Below, piece by piece: positions 37,142 through 45,950 of a stretch of DNA of 64,000 bases. Position 1 is the stretch's first letter; every line of letters begins with the position of its first letter. Under the pieces are notes generated by a model. The model had not been told where the DNA came from and did not search any database. It worked only from the letters and a program-made list of their open reading frames with translations. The position numbers and the translations under genes were made by a program. Location: NCBI GenBank assembly GCA_012517875.1, contig JAAYUB010000026.1, forward strand, positions 1,134 to 65,133, read 5' to 3'. This stretch comes from Acidobacteriota bacterium. GTDB lineage: Bacteria > Acidobacteriota > JAAYUB01.

Positions 37142-38159
37142 TTGGGCTGCCGTTCCTGGACGCGTTGGGAGAGGACACGGGCGATCCGTTCATCCCCTAA
37201 GGAAACACGGGCCGGGCGGAAGATAATCTCCGCGACGGTGAAAGACTTCCTGTCCGCCTGGCTGGTGGAGCAACGGCCGGGAATGTCCGTGCACTATGAG
37301 ATGGCTCCCTTCCGCATCTTGAAAGCCATGGCGGAGGCCATCCGGGTCATCGGGAAAGTGTCCAGCCTGCACGGCGTGGTCCATCCGGTCCGGCTGGACA
37401 ATCCACGCCTGCAGCTGGCGAAACACGTTGACCGGGCGCTGGTCTTCCTGTACCGCGTCCCCACCGCTCTCGGCGATGCCATTTGCTGCGAAGAGGGATT
37501 TCGGATGTCACCGGACCTTGCGCCCCCAACGGACTCTGACCGCTACGGCCGGTTCTATGCATCGGCGTTCTATCTGTCCATCCCAATCCGGCAAGGCGCC
37601 ACTCTCTACATGTTGTGGGAGCGGGAGGACAAGAACCGTAAGATCGTCGCATCCAAGATCGAACCCGACAAGGCCCCGCCGATGGACACCCGACCTGCGC
37701 CCCGCCGCAGCTCCCGCCGCGGCTTCGGCGCCCGTTGCCGGCGATCCGGGGATGATCGCGGCCGCCACGGATTTCTTCACCGCCTGGCTCCTGGAGCAGG
37801 ATTTCGACTGGAGCCACCGCCACATCGCACCCCGTACCTTCCCCTGCCTGAACTACTTTCTGCCGGCGGACACACCGCCGATGGACTCACCGGAGGCATT
37901 CGCCGGCTTCATCTGCGCCAGCATGGCAGGGGTCTGCGAGAAGATGGGCCCGGTGACCGGGCTGGAGGGTGCGCTGCACACCGCCACCCTGGCCAACCCA
38001 GCCGTCCAAATGGTCCGACATGATCACATGAAAGCCTTCACCATTTTCTGCATCCCGAATCCCTATGATGATGCCTTTGACTGCAGCCAACCGTTCGAAC
38101 GGGACCTGCGCCTGGCGGTCCCACCTACGGCAGCTGAAACGGCACGGCCTTCTCGCTGA
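37142..38159 (+). pseudogene. Frameshifted hypothetical protein with two homologous domains (DF[LF]xAWLxEQ...); the frame switches near 37690-37730
   Basis: ORF 37142..38023 (frame 1) and ORF 37428..38159 (frame 3) each carry one copy of a related domain (ATVKDFLSAWLVEQRPG... and AATDFFTAWLLEQDFDW...). High GC3 moves from frame 1 to frame 3 within a PAAPAAASAP low-complexity tract. Confidence 0.4.
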
Positions 38160-38300
38160 AGGCGGCCGGCACCTAGCCAGCCGTCACCTACCTGGTCTGG
38201 CGGCAGGAGGACAGCGTCTGGAAGATCATTTGGTACTATTTGGAATTGCCCTGACCATGGGCCAGGCGCCCGTTCGGTTCGAGCGGGCGCCCGGATACGC

Positions 38301-40067
38301 TCAGGGAATCTGCGCGCTCGCCCGCCGTACGCCCGCATGTCGGGACGTGTACGTCACTTCCGCTTGCCCCTTACCCGACACCAGAAACTGGTACTCCATG
38401 CGACCGAAACCAGGCACCGTCAGGAACTGGACCTCCGGACGGTGGTCCACGAAGTCCACTTCGCCGGTGGCAGGATTGATCACCCGCCCACCGGCAACCA
38501 CCTTCACACCTGACCCGGCCAGCACAAGCGTGTCCTGCGGGTAGAGCTCCACCCGCCGCGCGTGGGCGGTCATGGACGGCATCGCCGCCGGATTGCTCAG
38601 GCGCACCGTGACCCGGTGCAGGCCGCCGCCCGCCGGCTCCACGGCGGCGACTTCGAGACCGACTTCAGGCGTTTGCTTGGCTGAGAACAGGACCGCCGCC
38701 GCGTTTCGATGGAGCATCTGCCGCAACAGGAACGGGGGCGGTAGCCGGGTGCTCATCTTCACCCAACCGCCGATCTCGATCTCACCGTACTGCGGGTGCG
38801 TGAAGGCGCGCCACGGTTGGTACAGTTCGCCTCCGGCCAGGTGGTCGTTGAACCGGAGCCGCTCCAGGGTCCGGGCGGCATCGTCGCCGAACATGGCGCC
38901 GGACTCATAGTCGGGGTCTACCTTGCGCTCGGCCGACTGCTTGTTGAAGCTCTCCTCCTCCGACGCGTACAGCTCGCCCACGAGGACGTAGGCGCCCTGG
39001 GTCATGGCCAGCCACTCGCTCGAGTCGCCGTAAGTTTCGTAGAGATCCCGCCAGCTCAGCATGTAGCGGTAGCCCGGGGTGATCTTTTCGGCCTGCTTGC
39101 CAATGTAGTCGTAGACCGCCACGTCTTCGGGCGGATACTCGCCCTGACTCTTGGCGCTGGGCCCGCGTAAGTACATGCCCCCGAAGTTGTGGAACGTCCA
39201 GGCCATGTTGATGTTGGGGCGGGCCTGGATGAATGCGGCCAGCTCCCGCAGGCCCCGGCCGGCGAACGGGTAGGGTCCCGCCCCGCTCTGGACATAGGCG
39301 GGCATCCAGTCATAGCCCCAGTTGCGGTTTGGGTCGACGTACCCTTCCGCATCCTCGTTGACCCGGCCGTCGCCGTCGTTGTCGATCCCTTCCGAACCCA
39401 ACAAGACCCATTCGGCCTTTTCACCGGGCTTGACCCGGACCATCAGGCGGGGATCCTCCGGGTGGGTGCGGTGAGTCCCGAACGGATCGCGCCGGCGCAT
39501 GGTGCAGATGTTGCCGTCCCCGTCCAGGTCGTCGGGAAAATCCTCGTCCACGAGCCCGTCTTGGTCGTCGTCGAGCGGGTAGCGGAGACTCCGGTTGTTG
39601 CTGTGGCTGCCGGGGTCGGCGAAGAAGTGGTGCCGGCCGTCGGGATTCACCACCGGCACCACATAGAAACAGCGCGTGTCCACGAGACGGGTGATTTCCG
39701 GATTTTTGCCGTAGCGGGTGAGAAGCTCATTCAGGAGATACAGGCACACCTCGCCGCCCTGAATCTCGTTGCCGTGGATGTTGCCGTCCACGTAAATCGC
39801 CGGCTTCTCCAGCTCCGCGCCGGTAGCCGGGTTGTTCACGGTGAGGCACCAGATGACCCGCCCCTCGTCGCTGTGGCCGGCCACGTCGAGCCGGGTCAGC
39901 TTGGGGTAGGCTTGATGGAGCGCCTCGAGCGCCCGGCCCGCTTCCTCGTAAGTGTAGTAGTTATCGAACGACAGAGGCACGGCCGCCTGCGCCCTGTCCG
40001 CCCGGACGGGGAGGGCCAGCGCCAGGATGATCATCAGGCAGAGGCCGCATGGCGTGATGCGGTTCAT
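38301..40067 (-). CDS. M14-family zinc carboxypeptidase (secreted, large multi-domain)
   Basis: Signal peptide MNRITPCGLCLMIILALALPVRA. YVDGNIHGNEIQGGE is the HxxE zinc motif. Asp-rich insert DDDQDGLVDEDFPDDLDGDGN. Confidence 0.8.
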   Translation of the reverse strand: MNRITPCGLCLMIILALALPVRADRAQAAVPLSFDNYYTYEEAGRALEALHQAYPKLTRLDVAGHSDEGRVIWCLTVNNPATGAELEKPAIYVDGNIHGNEIQGGEVCLYLLNELLTRYGKNPEITRLVDTRCFYVVPVVNPDGRHHFFADPGSHSNNRSLRYPLDDDQDGLVDEDFPDDLDGDGNICTMRRRDPFGTHRTHPEDPRLMVRVKPGEKAEWVLLGSEGIDNDGDGRVNEDAEGYVDPNRNWGYDWMPAYVQSGAGPYPFAGRGLRELAAFIQARPNINMAWTFHNFGGMYLRGPSAKSQGEYPPEDVAVYDYIGKQAEKITPGYRYMLSWRDLYETYGDSSEWLAMTQGAYVLVGELYASEEESFNKQSAERKVDPDYESGAMFGDDAARTLERLRFNDHLAGGELYQPWRAFTHPQYGEIEIGGWVKMSTRLPPPFLLRQMLHRNAAAVLFSAKQTPEVGLEVAAVEPAGGGLHRVTVRLSNPAAMPSMTAHARRVELYPQDTLVLAGSGVKVVAGGRVINPATGEVDFVDHRPEVQFLTVPGFGRMEYQFLVSGKGQAEVTYTSRHAGVRRASAQIP

Positions 40068-42103
40068 TGGACACCTCCCAGCTGGACGCTAATCTCGTCG
40101 CCCCACGCCGTGGCCGTGGTGGCGGTGATGGTGGCGCTGACGGGTTGGTCGGTCTGCACAAGCCAGGTGACCGTTTCGGCGCCGTGACCGGCAACCTGCC
40201 GCACCAGGCTCCGGGGCCGGCCCTCCAGGAACCGGAGGCCCGCACCCTTCAATTCAAGCACCACCGGTGTGTACTGTGAATTGCGCTGCGCCATCGCCGT
40301 GGTATACGGCAGGTAACCGGTGTTTTCCACCCAGGCCTTGACCCGGTGGATGCCGCCGCCGAGCGCCGTCACCTCCACCTTCGTTAGGCGGATCCGCGCC
40401 ATTTTGTCCGCGAGGGTCAGCACCCACGGGACCTGACCCTCCAGGAGCGGGAGCAACTGTGCCGGCGGCGGCGTCCCGGTGGCGTACGGCGCAGCGCCGC
40501 CGATTTCCAACGCCCCGAGTGTGGGGTGCTGGAAGGGTTGCCACGTCACGTATCCCGCACCGCCTAGCACCTTGTCACTGAAGGCCAGCAGGGCTTCGGT
40601 TTCCGTATCGAGACCCTCGGCACTTTTCGGCTTGGGCATGGTTTTCATCATCTCGGCCATCTTTTTCGGTGTCATCATGCCCGCCTTGACGGCATTGATG
40701 ACCATGGCCGGCTGGATTGATGAGGGCGCCCCGGATGACTTGATGAAGGCGGCGATTTTTTCATCGCCCAAAGCCAGGAACTCCCCGCTGGTCATGGTTT
40801 CCAGTTTCTCGGGCGTCAGCGCATCCGGGTCGGCCCCGGCCGGCTTGGCCTTCTCCACCACGGGAAGCGTCCAGAAGTCCATGGCGAAGGACGGCCGGCC
40901 CAGATGGTAGTAGGCCCACAGCTCGAAGCTGCCGTCCCGGTCGGCCGGTGGGTCGAGGCGCTTGGTGTCTAGTTTCCGATCCTTCAGAAACTCGTTGTAC
41001 TGCTTGGATAGCACCTCATAGAACTTCAGGTCTTCCGGGAGCGGATTGACCACGGGCCCGAGACCCAGGAAGCTGGCCACCATCGCCTCGGTGAGTTCCA
41101 TGCCCGGCGGGGCCAAGCGCTTGGCGACCTCCATGACCTCGGCCATGGTGTAGGTCTTGTCCGCCTCGAGGCCGATCCACTTGGCGATGCGCTCGGGGAT
41201 CTTGATCCGGTTGAAGTCGGCGGTGCCGGTCCGGCCGCCGCGGGGCGGGTTCAGACAGAAGTTCGACCGGCCGAAGGTGACCACCAGCGCGATCTCCGGA
41301 TGGGCGAAGGCGAAGGCGACAAGCGCGTAGCTCTCCGCCTCGCTGCCGGCCCAGGCGCCGCCGGTGGGTGTAAACGGTTTGAACAGGTGGGGGAAGTTGA
41401 GGCCCACATCCACCCCGCCCGGGCCGTCCTCGTTGTAGCGGCCGTCGCCGTCGTTGTCGATGCCCTCGGTGTAGAGCTTGAACTGACCCTTTTCCCCCTT
41501 GGACCAGTCCGCCTTGCGCAGGGCGCGGGGTTCGCCTTCCACCGGGATCCACTCGCCGGCCGGATCGGGCACCCGCATCTGGGTGATCAGCCCGTCGCCG
41601 TTGAGATCGTCGGGCCCGTCCTCATCGATGCGGTCGTCCTGGTCGTCGTTGAACGGCCGGTCGTTCCGGTTGTCCTCGACGAGCGGCCGGCGGAAGAAGC
41701 GGGCCGCGGCGTCGGGATTGCCCAGGGGGGTGATGTACCAGGTGCGGTCGCCGCGGGCCTCGGGCTTGTCCAGCAGGAGCTGCGCCAGGTACAGGGCGGC
41801 TTCGCTGGCCACGGGGACGCTGCCCTCCAGGTTGGCCGCCACCAGCACCGCCGGCAGCCGGTGCGACGGCGCCGCCGTCTCGGGACCGATCTCCAGCAGC
41901 AGGAGCGGCCGCCCGCCCGGGCTGTCCGCCAGTGCGTGCACCCGTGCCGCGTCCGGGTGCACCTGGGCCAGTTGATGCAGCCGGGCCGCGACGACTTCGG
42001 GATCGTGGTATCGGTCAAAAGCGAACGGCGGCGTCTCGCCGGCGCCGGCGGCTCCTGCCGCCAGCAACACCAGCCACACCGCGAGGAACAGTTTGGGTCG
42101 CAT
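40064..42103 (-). CDS. M14-family zinc carboxypeptidase, paralogue (secreted)
   Basis: Start MRPKLFLAVWLVLLAAGAAGA, internal to ORF 40064..42355. Parallel architecture to the downstream M14, including the Asp-rich NDDQDDRIDEDGPDDLNGDG segment. 4-nt overlap with the next gene. Confidence 0.8.
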   Translation of the reverse strand: MRPKLFLAVWLVLLAAGAAGAGETPPFAFDRYHDPEVVAARLHQLAQVHPDAARVHALADSPGGRPLLLLEIGPETAAPSHRLPAVLVAANLEGSVPVASEAALYLAQLLLDKPEARGDRTWYITPLGNPDAAARFFRRPLVEDNRNDRPFNDDQDDRIDEDGPDDLNGDGLITQMRVPDPAGEWIPVEGEPRALRKADWSKGEKGQFKLYTEGIDNDGDGRYNEDGPGGVDVGLNFPHLFKPFTPTGGAWAGSEAESYALVAFAFAHPEIALVVTFGRSNFCLNPPRGGRTGTADFNRIKIPERIAKWIGLEADKTYTMAEVMEVAKRLAPPGMELTEAMVASFLGLGPVVNPLPEDLKFYEVLSKQYNEFLKDRKLDTKRLDPPADRDGSFELWAYYHLGRPSFAMDFWTLPVVEKAKPAGADPDALTPEKLETMTSGEFLALGDEKIAAFIKSSGAPSSIQPAMVINAVKAGMMTPKKMAEMMKTMPKPKSAEGLDTETEALLAFSDKVLGGAGYVTWQPFQHPTLGALEIGGAAPYATGTPPPAQLLPLLEGQVPWVLTLADKMARIRLTKVEVTALGGGIHRVKAWVENTGYLPYTTAMAQRNSQYTPVVLELKGAGLRFLEGRPRSLVRQVAGHGAETVTWLVQTDQPVSATITATTATAWGDEISVQLGGVQ

Positions 42104-42191
42104 GGTCACCTCGTCATCGATGCTGGAGAACAAAATTGTCTTACGGAATTTCAGCCGGGATGTTCGTCCACGCACGCGGGGGATCTTCCCA

Positions 42192-43091
42192 CTACAGCTG
42201 CGGCCCGCCGGCTTGGACCAGATCGGCAAGTCCGGCCGCCAGCACGGCGACCGTCTCGTCCGGAACACCGTCGGGCGTCTCCGACTGGAGGCGCAGGTCC
42301 ACCGGGTCGTTGACGTAATCGACCGCCACAAACAAGCCGTCGTGGGTCCGGGCAATTTCCGAGGAGAACAGCTCCAACCCGCACACCCAGGCGATGGACG
42401 CCGACACCGAACGCAGCGGCCCCAGCCCGAAACCGGCTTCTTCCTCGGCGGTTACCGGGGCGTAGACGTGGGTCTTCGGGTTCCACCAGAACGGAAACAC
42501 CCGACCGGCGAAATGGATCACCCGGAACCAGCCGGGCCGGCCGTTCAGGTCCGCCGGACGGACCATGGACTGCAGCAGGTAGCGGTCGGCGGCGAACTCC
42601 TGCCGGCTGGCGACCACCTCGTCCAGCGTGGTGGCGCCCACCACCACCCCGTCGCCGCCGCCGCCTTGGGCCGGCTTGATGCAGAAACTCTCGCCGAGTG
42701 GCGCGAGATCGAGGGGCGGCAGCTCCGGCACCCGGTCGAAGGGCGGCAGGATGATGGTGCGCGGCGTGTGGGTGGCATGGCTCAGCACGATATGGACCGT
42801 CGCCTTGTCCCACTGCAGGCGCGCCCGCTCGTACGGGTTGATCCGATAGACGCCGCGGTCGCTGGCCCACTCCACCACTTCCAGAAACCGTTCGTCGGTG
42901 TCGGAGGCGCGGTCCAGCAACCCGTGGAAGGTCAGCCAGCCCTCCCGCAACTGCCGGATGCTGTCGGCCAGGTTGGCCGGGGTCACCTGGATCAGGCCCA
43001 GCCCCCGGCTGGCGCACGCGGCCTCCAGCAGGCGGATGAAGCCCGCGTCGTGTTCCCAGTTCCAGCAGATACAGAACGTTCGGTCGGCCAT
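42192..43091 (-). CDS. ATP-grasp-fold ligase-like protein
   Basis: FCIKPAQGGGGDGVVVGATTLDEV is the ATP-grasp P-loop-like region. C-terminal GLELFSSEIARTHDGLFVAVDYVNDP. 299 aa. Confidence 0.55.
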   Translation of the reverse strand: MADRTFCICWNWEHDAGFIRLLEAACASRGLGLIQVTPANLADSIRQLREGWLTFHGLLDRASDTDERFLEVVEWASDRGVYRINPYERARLQWDKATVHIVLSHATHTPRTIILPPFDRVPELPPLDLAPLGESFCIKPAQGGGGDGVVVGATTLDEVVASRQEFAADRYLLQSMVRPADLNGRPGWFRVIHFAGRVFPFWWNPKTHVYAPVTAEEEAGFGLGPLRSVSASIAWVCGLELFSSEIARTHDGLFVAVDYVNDPVDLRLQSETPDGVPDETVAVLAAGLADLVQAGGPQL

Positions 43092-43157
43092 TCACCCACC
43101 CGGCTCATACTAACTCATGAACAGATGCGGACGCCCCGCCATCGGATCCGCCCGGAT

Positions 43158-43733
43158 TCACTCGCCGGCCAGCCGGAGCCGGTACCGCTGCTTCCCGCCG
43201 TCGGGATTGCCCGCCAACACAAAGCCCGCCCGCTCGAACTGCGCCCGGGTCCCCGTCCAGGCAAAGGCGTCCGGCTGGCGGCCGGTCCGGGCCGGCTTGA
43301 CCGGATACCCTTCGACAATCCGGCCGCCGCGGGCCCGGATCGCCGCCACCACGGCGGCCAGCAGCGCGGTGGCCACCCCCCGGCCGCGATGGTCCCGCCG
43401 GACGAAAAAGCACGGCACCGACCACACGGCATCGGCGTCCGGGCACCGGAGGCTGGGCGCGCGATCCAACCGGGCGAACGACGGACGCGGCCCGTAGGTG
43501 CACCAGCCCACCGGTTCGGCATCCGCATAGGCGAGCACGCCCATGACCGCGCCGTTGGCGATCCCCCGACGCAGCCGCCGCCGGGCCGGCTCGCCCTTGA
43601 CCGCGTCCCACGACTCGCCTTTGGCCAGGCGCCAGTACCAGCACCAGCACCCCCCGCAGGCGCCGCGGGCGCCGAACAGGGACTCCACGTCGGGCCAGAG
43701 CGCTGTGGTCACATCGCGTGTCCGGATCTCCAT
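43158..43733 (-). CDS. GNAT-family N-acetyltransferase
   Basis: Motif A RRDHRGRGVATALLAAVVAAIRARG. Start MEIRTRD internal to ORF 43158..43757. Confidence 0.7.
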   Translation of the reverse strand: MEIRTRDVTTALWPDVESLFGARGACGGCWCWYWRLAKGESWDAVKGEPARRRLRRGIANGAVMGVLAYADAEPVGWCTYGPRPSFARLDRAPSLRCPDADAVWSVPCFFVRRDHRGRGVATALLAAVVAAIRARGGRIVEGYPVKPARTGRQPDAFAWTGTRAQFERAGFVLAGNPDGGKQRYRLRLAGE

Positions 43734-43882
43734 GCCACCTCCTCCCGCCCCCAACATCCGCCGGGCCGTCGACCAGTTGAACCTTCCGCTCGGCTCGTCG
43801 GTCTATTCATGCGGAGATATACCACGCCCGGCCGCCGGGACCAAGAGCGAATCCCGACGCCGGGCCCGCAGAGGGAGGCCAC

Positions 43883-44473
43883 ATGAACCGGGGAAGACTG
43901 TTTTCAATCTGCGGAATGGTGTTGTTGCTGCTGGCGCTGCTCGCCGGATCCGTCGCCGGAGAGGATTCAACCGTCCACTACCGGCTGCTGGCCACATCCC
44001 GCACATCCACCATGGAGAAGGAGTTGAACGACGCCGCCCGCGACGGATCCCGCTTCGAGGCGTTCATGGGCGGCGGCACGCTGGTGCCCGGCCACGAGCT
44101 AGTGGCCATCATCCGCCGCCTGCCGACGGACGACACGGAGCGGTACGAGTACCGGCTGCTCGCCACCAACCGCACGTCCACAATGGAACGGGAAATGGCG
44201 CAGGCGGGTGCCGACGGTTTTCTCTACCGCGGCCAGACCATCTACGACAGCACCTTCGGCGGCCGCGAAGTGGTGGTGGTGCTGGAGCGGCACGCCGGCG
44301 GGCCACCCCGCCGGTACCAGTACCGGCTGCTCGCCACCAACAAGACGTCCACCATGGAAAGGGAATTGCAGGCCGCCGCCCGGGACGGGTTCATCTTCCT
44401 GGGCGAGACGGTGGCCGAGACCGCCTTCGGCGGCAACGAGGTCGTGGTGATCCTGGGCCGGCCCGGCAAGTGA
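43883..44473 (+). CDS. Secreted protein with three tandem DUF4177-like repeats (about 55 aa each)
   Basis: Signal peptide MNRGRLFSICGMVLLLLALLAGSVAG. Three copies of Y(R/E/Q)YRLLAT(S/N)(R/K)TSTME(K/R)E(L/M)..A..DGF...G......GG.EVVV(I/V)L(E/G)R. Confidence 0.6.
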   Translation: MNRGRLFSICGMVLLLLALLAGSVAGEDSTVHYRLLATSRTSTMEKELNDAARDGSRFEAFMGGGTLVPGHELVAIIRRLPTDDTERYEYRLLATNRTSTMEREMAQAGADGFLYRGQTIYDSTFGGREVVVVLERHAGGPPRRYQYRLLATNKTSTMERELQAAARDGFIFLGETVAETAFGGNEVVVILGRPGK

Positions 44474-44524
44474 ATCAGTTCATTGTCGGGCCTGGCGCCG
44501 GATGGATCGGCACGGAGCGTACCG

Positions 44525-44872
44525 CTACTTTCCCGTGCCGCCGCCTGGATTCACAATCATTTCCGGATCGTATGGGACCAGCGTGCCGTGATCGTTGTCG
44601 TAAAGCGCCACAAAGTATTTGCCGGATTCAGGCGGCGCGTTGGCCACTGTTGCCTTGAGCACGCCCGGAGTGGTTCCGACAGGAAAATGCGGAACCAGTG
44701 GCGAAACCCCGACGAAATGAATGCCCAGCTTGGCGGGGCGATAATACCATTCGACGATGTCATCGGCAGTGACATAGAAACGATGATGAGGGTAGAAGTG
44801 GACTCCATCGCTGGAATAAAGGATTCTGACGGGGGGATCAGACAAACTTAACAAGACCTGTTCCGCGCCCAT
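44525..44872 (-). CDS. Hypothetical protein
   Basis: 115-aa ORF with GGAGGA RBS 7 nt upstream. GC3 is lower than the neighbours. Confidence 0.4.
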   Translation of the reverse strand: MGAEQVLLSLSDPPVRILYSSDGVHFYPHHRFYVTADDIVEWYYRPAKLGIHFVGVSPLVPHFPVGTTPGVLKATVANAPPESGKYFVALYDNDHGTLVPYDPEMIVNPGGGTGK

Positions 44873-44934
44873 AGATTTATCCTCCTTCCCGTTGGTTTCC
44901 GGATCCCTTGACCCGGCTACGGCCTTAATTCTTT

Positions 44935-45950
44935 CTATTTTCTTGGGTTCTGTCCGTTCGTCGGAACGGTATTGACGATCTGTCCGAATCGCGGGTCCTG
45001 TCTCAGGGCGGCCAAGTCCGGATCATTGGGCAGATCGGACAGCGATGCGTTGCGGACCACTGCTTCGCCCAGAGCGGCCAGCGCTTCATCCCGTCTGCCC
45101 GACAGTTCATACACGCGGACCGCCCGGAGCAAGACTTCAGCGTCCCGCGGCGCCAGGCGGCGAGCCTCGCCGATCTCGGCCAACGCCTCCGCGCCGCGCC
45201 CGCCCAAAGCGTAGTAGAACGCCAGCCGCGAACGCAGGGCGGGATTTTTCGCCCGTTCCCGCCGTTTGCCCTCGGCGAGCCCGATGGCCTTCGCCAGGCT
45301 GGTCCGAGCCTCCGCATCGCGACCGGGCAGCCGGCGATAACACTCGGCGAGATTGCCCCGGATCACGAAGTGGTCGGCTCCGGCGCCCAGGGCGGCGGCC
45401 CGCTCGAACATCCCGGCCGTGTCCACAAAACAGCGCTGGTAGAAGAACATGGTCCCCCAGTTGGACAGAGCGGCCGCTGACAGCTCCATGCTCATCTTCA
45501 ACACCCGGCTGATCGCCACCTCGGCCTGATCGTACTCCTCCAGCTTGAAGCGCATGGCGACGAGATTGCTATGGAGGGTGATGTTTTCGGCGCCCGCAGG
45601 CTGCCCTGTTCGAACAGTCGCGCCGCCTCGGCATAGCGGCCGATGCGGTAGTAGAATGCGCCCGGGTTCGAGTAATCCAGCCAGCAATCCGGCCGTAGCC
45701 CGATCAGCCGCCGGTAGTGGCCTTCCGCCTCGTGAAGCCGGTTGCGCTCATGTTCGGTGCGGGCGAGCAGGAGGACCGCCTCGAATAGAGCGGGCTGCGC
45801 CCGCAGCGCCTGCAGCACCCGCCCCGTGTAGAACTCTTGCATGAGATCCACGAACTCGGGATGCAACTTCAGCTTGAGCATCCGGAGGAACAGCCCCATT
45901 GCCGCCTCCTTGCCGCAGATCTGCCATGCCGTTTCCAGACCGGTCGACAC
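44935..45950 (-). pseudogene. TPR-repeat protein with a frameshift near 45590-45605
   Basis: ORF 45498..45950 (..FYYRIGRYAEAARLFEQG..) and ORF 44935..45687 (..AENITLHSNLVAMRFKLEEYDQAEVAISRVL..) are consecutive TPR motifs in different frames. Confidence 0.5.

Noticed and set aside
42093-43886. 597-aa ORF on the plus strand
   Set aside because: Antisense across the ATP-grasp and GNAT genes. A Pro/Arg/Gly-rich artefact of GC-rich sequence lacking stops.
45748-45950. C-terminal 66 residues of the PP2C ORF (VDRSGNGMADLRQGGGNGAVPP...)
   Set aside because: Gly/Ala/Arg-rich read-through past the natural end of the PP2C domain (...DDMTAVVFKRC), overlapping the TPR gene start. Best treated as missing-stop or frameshift artefact, not as protein.
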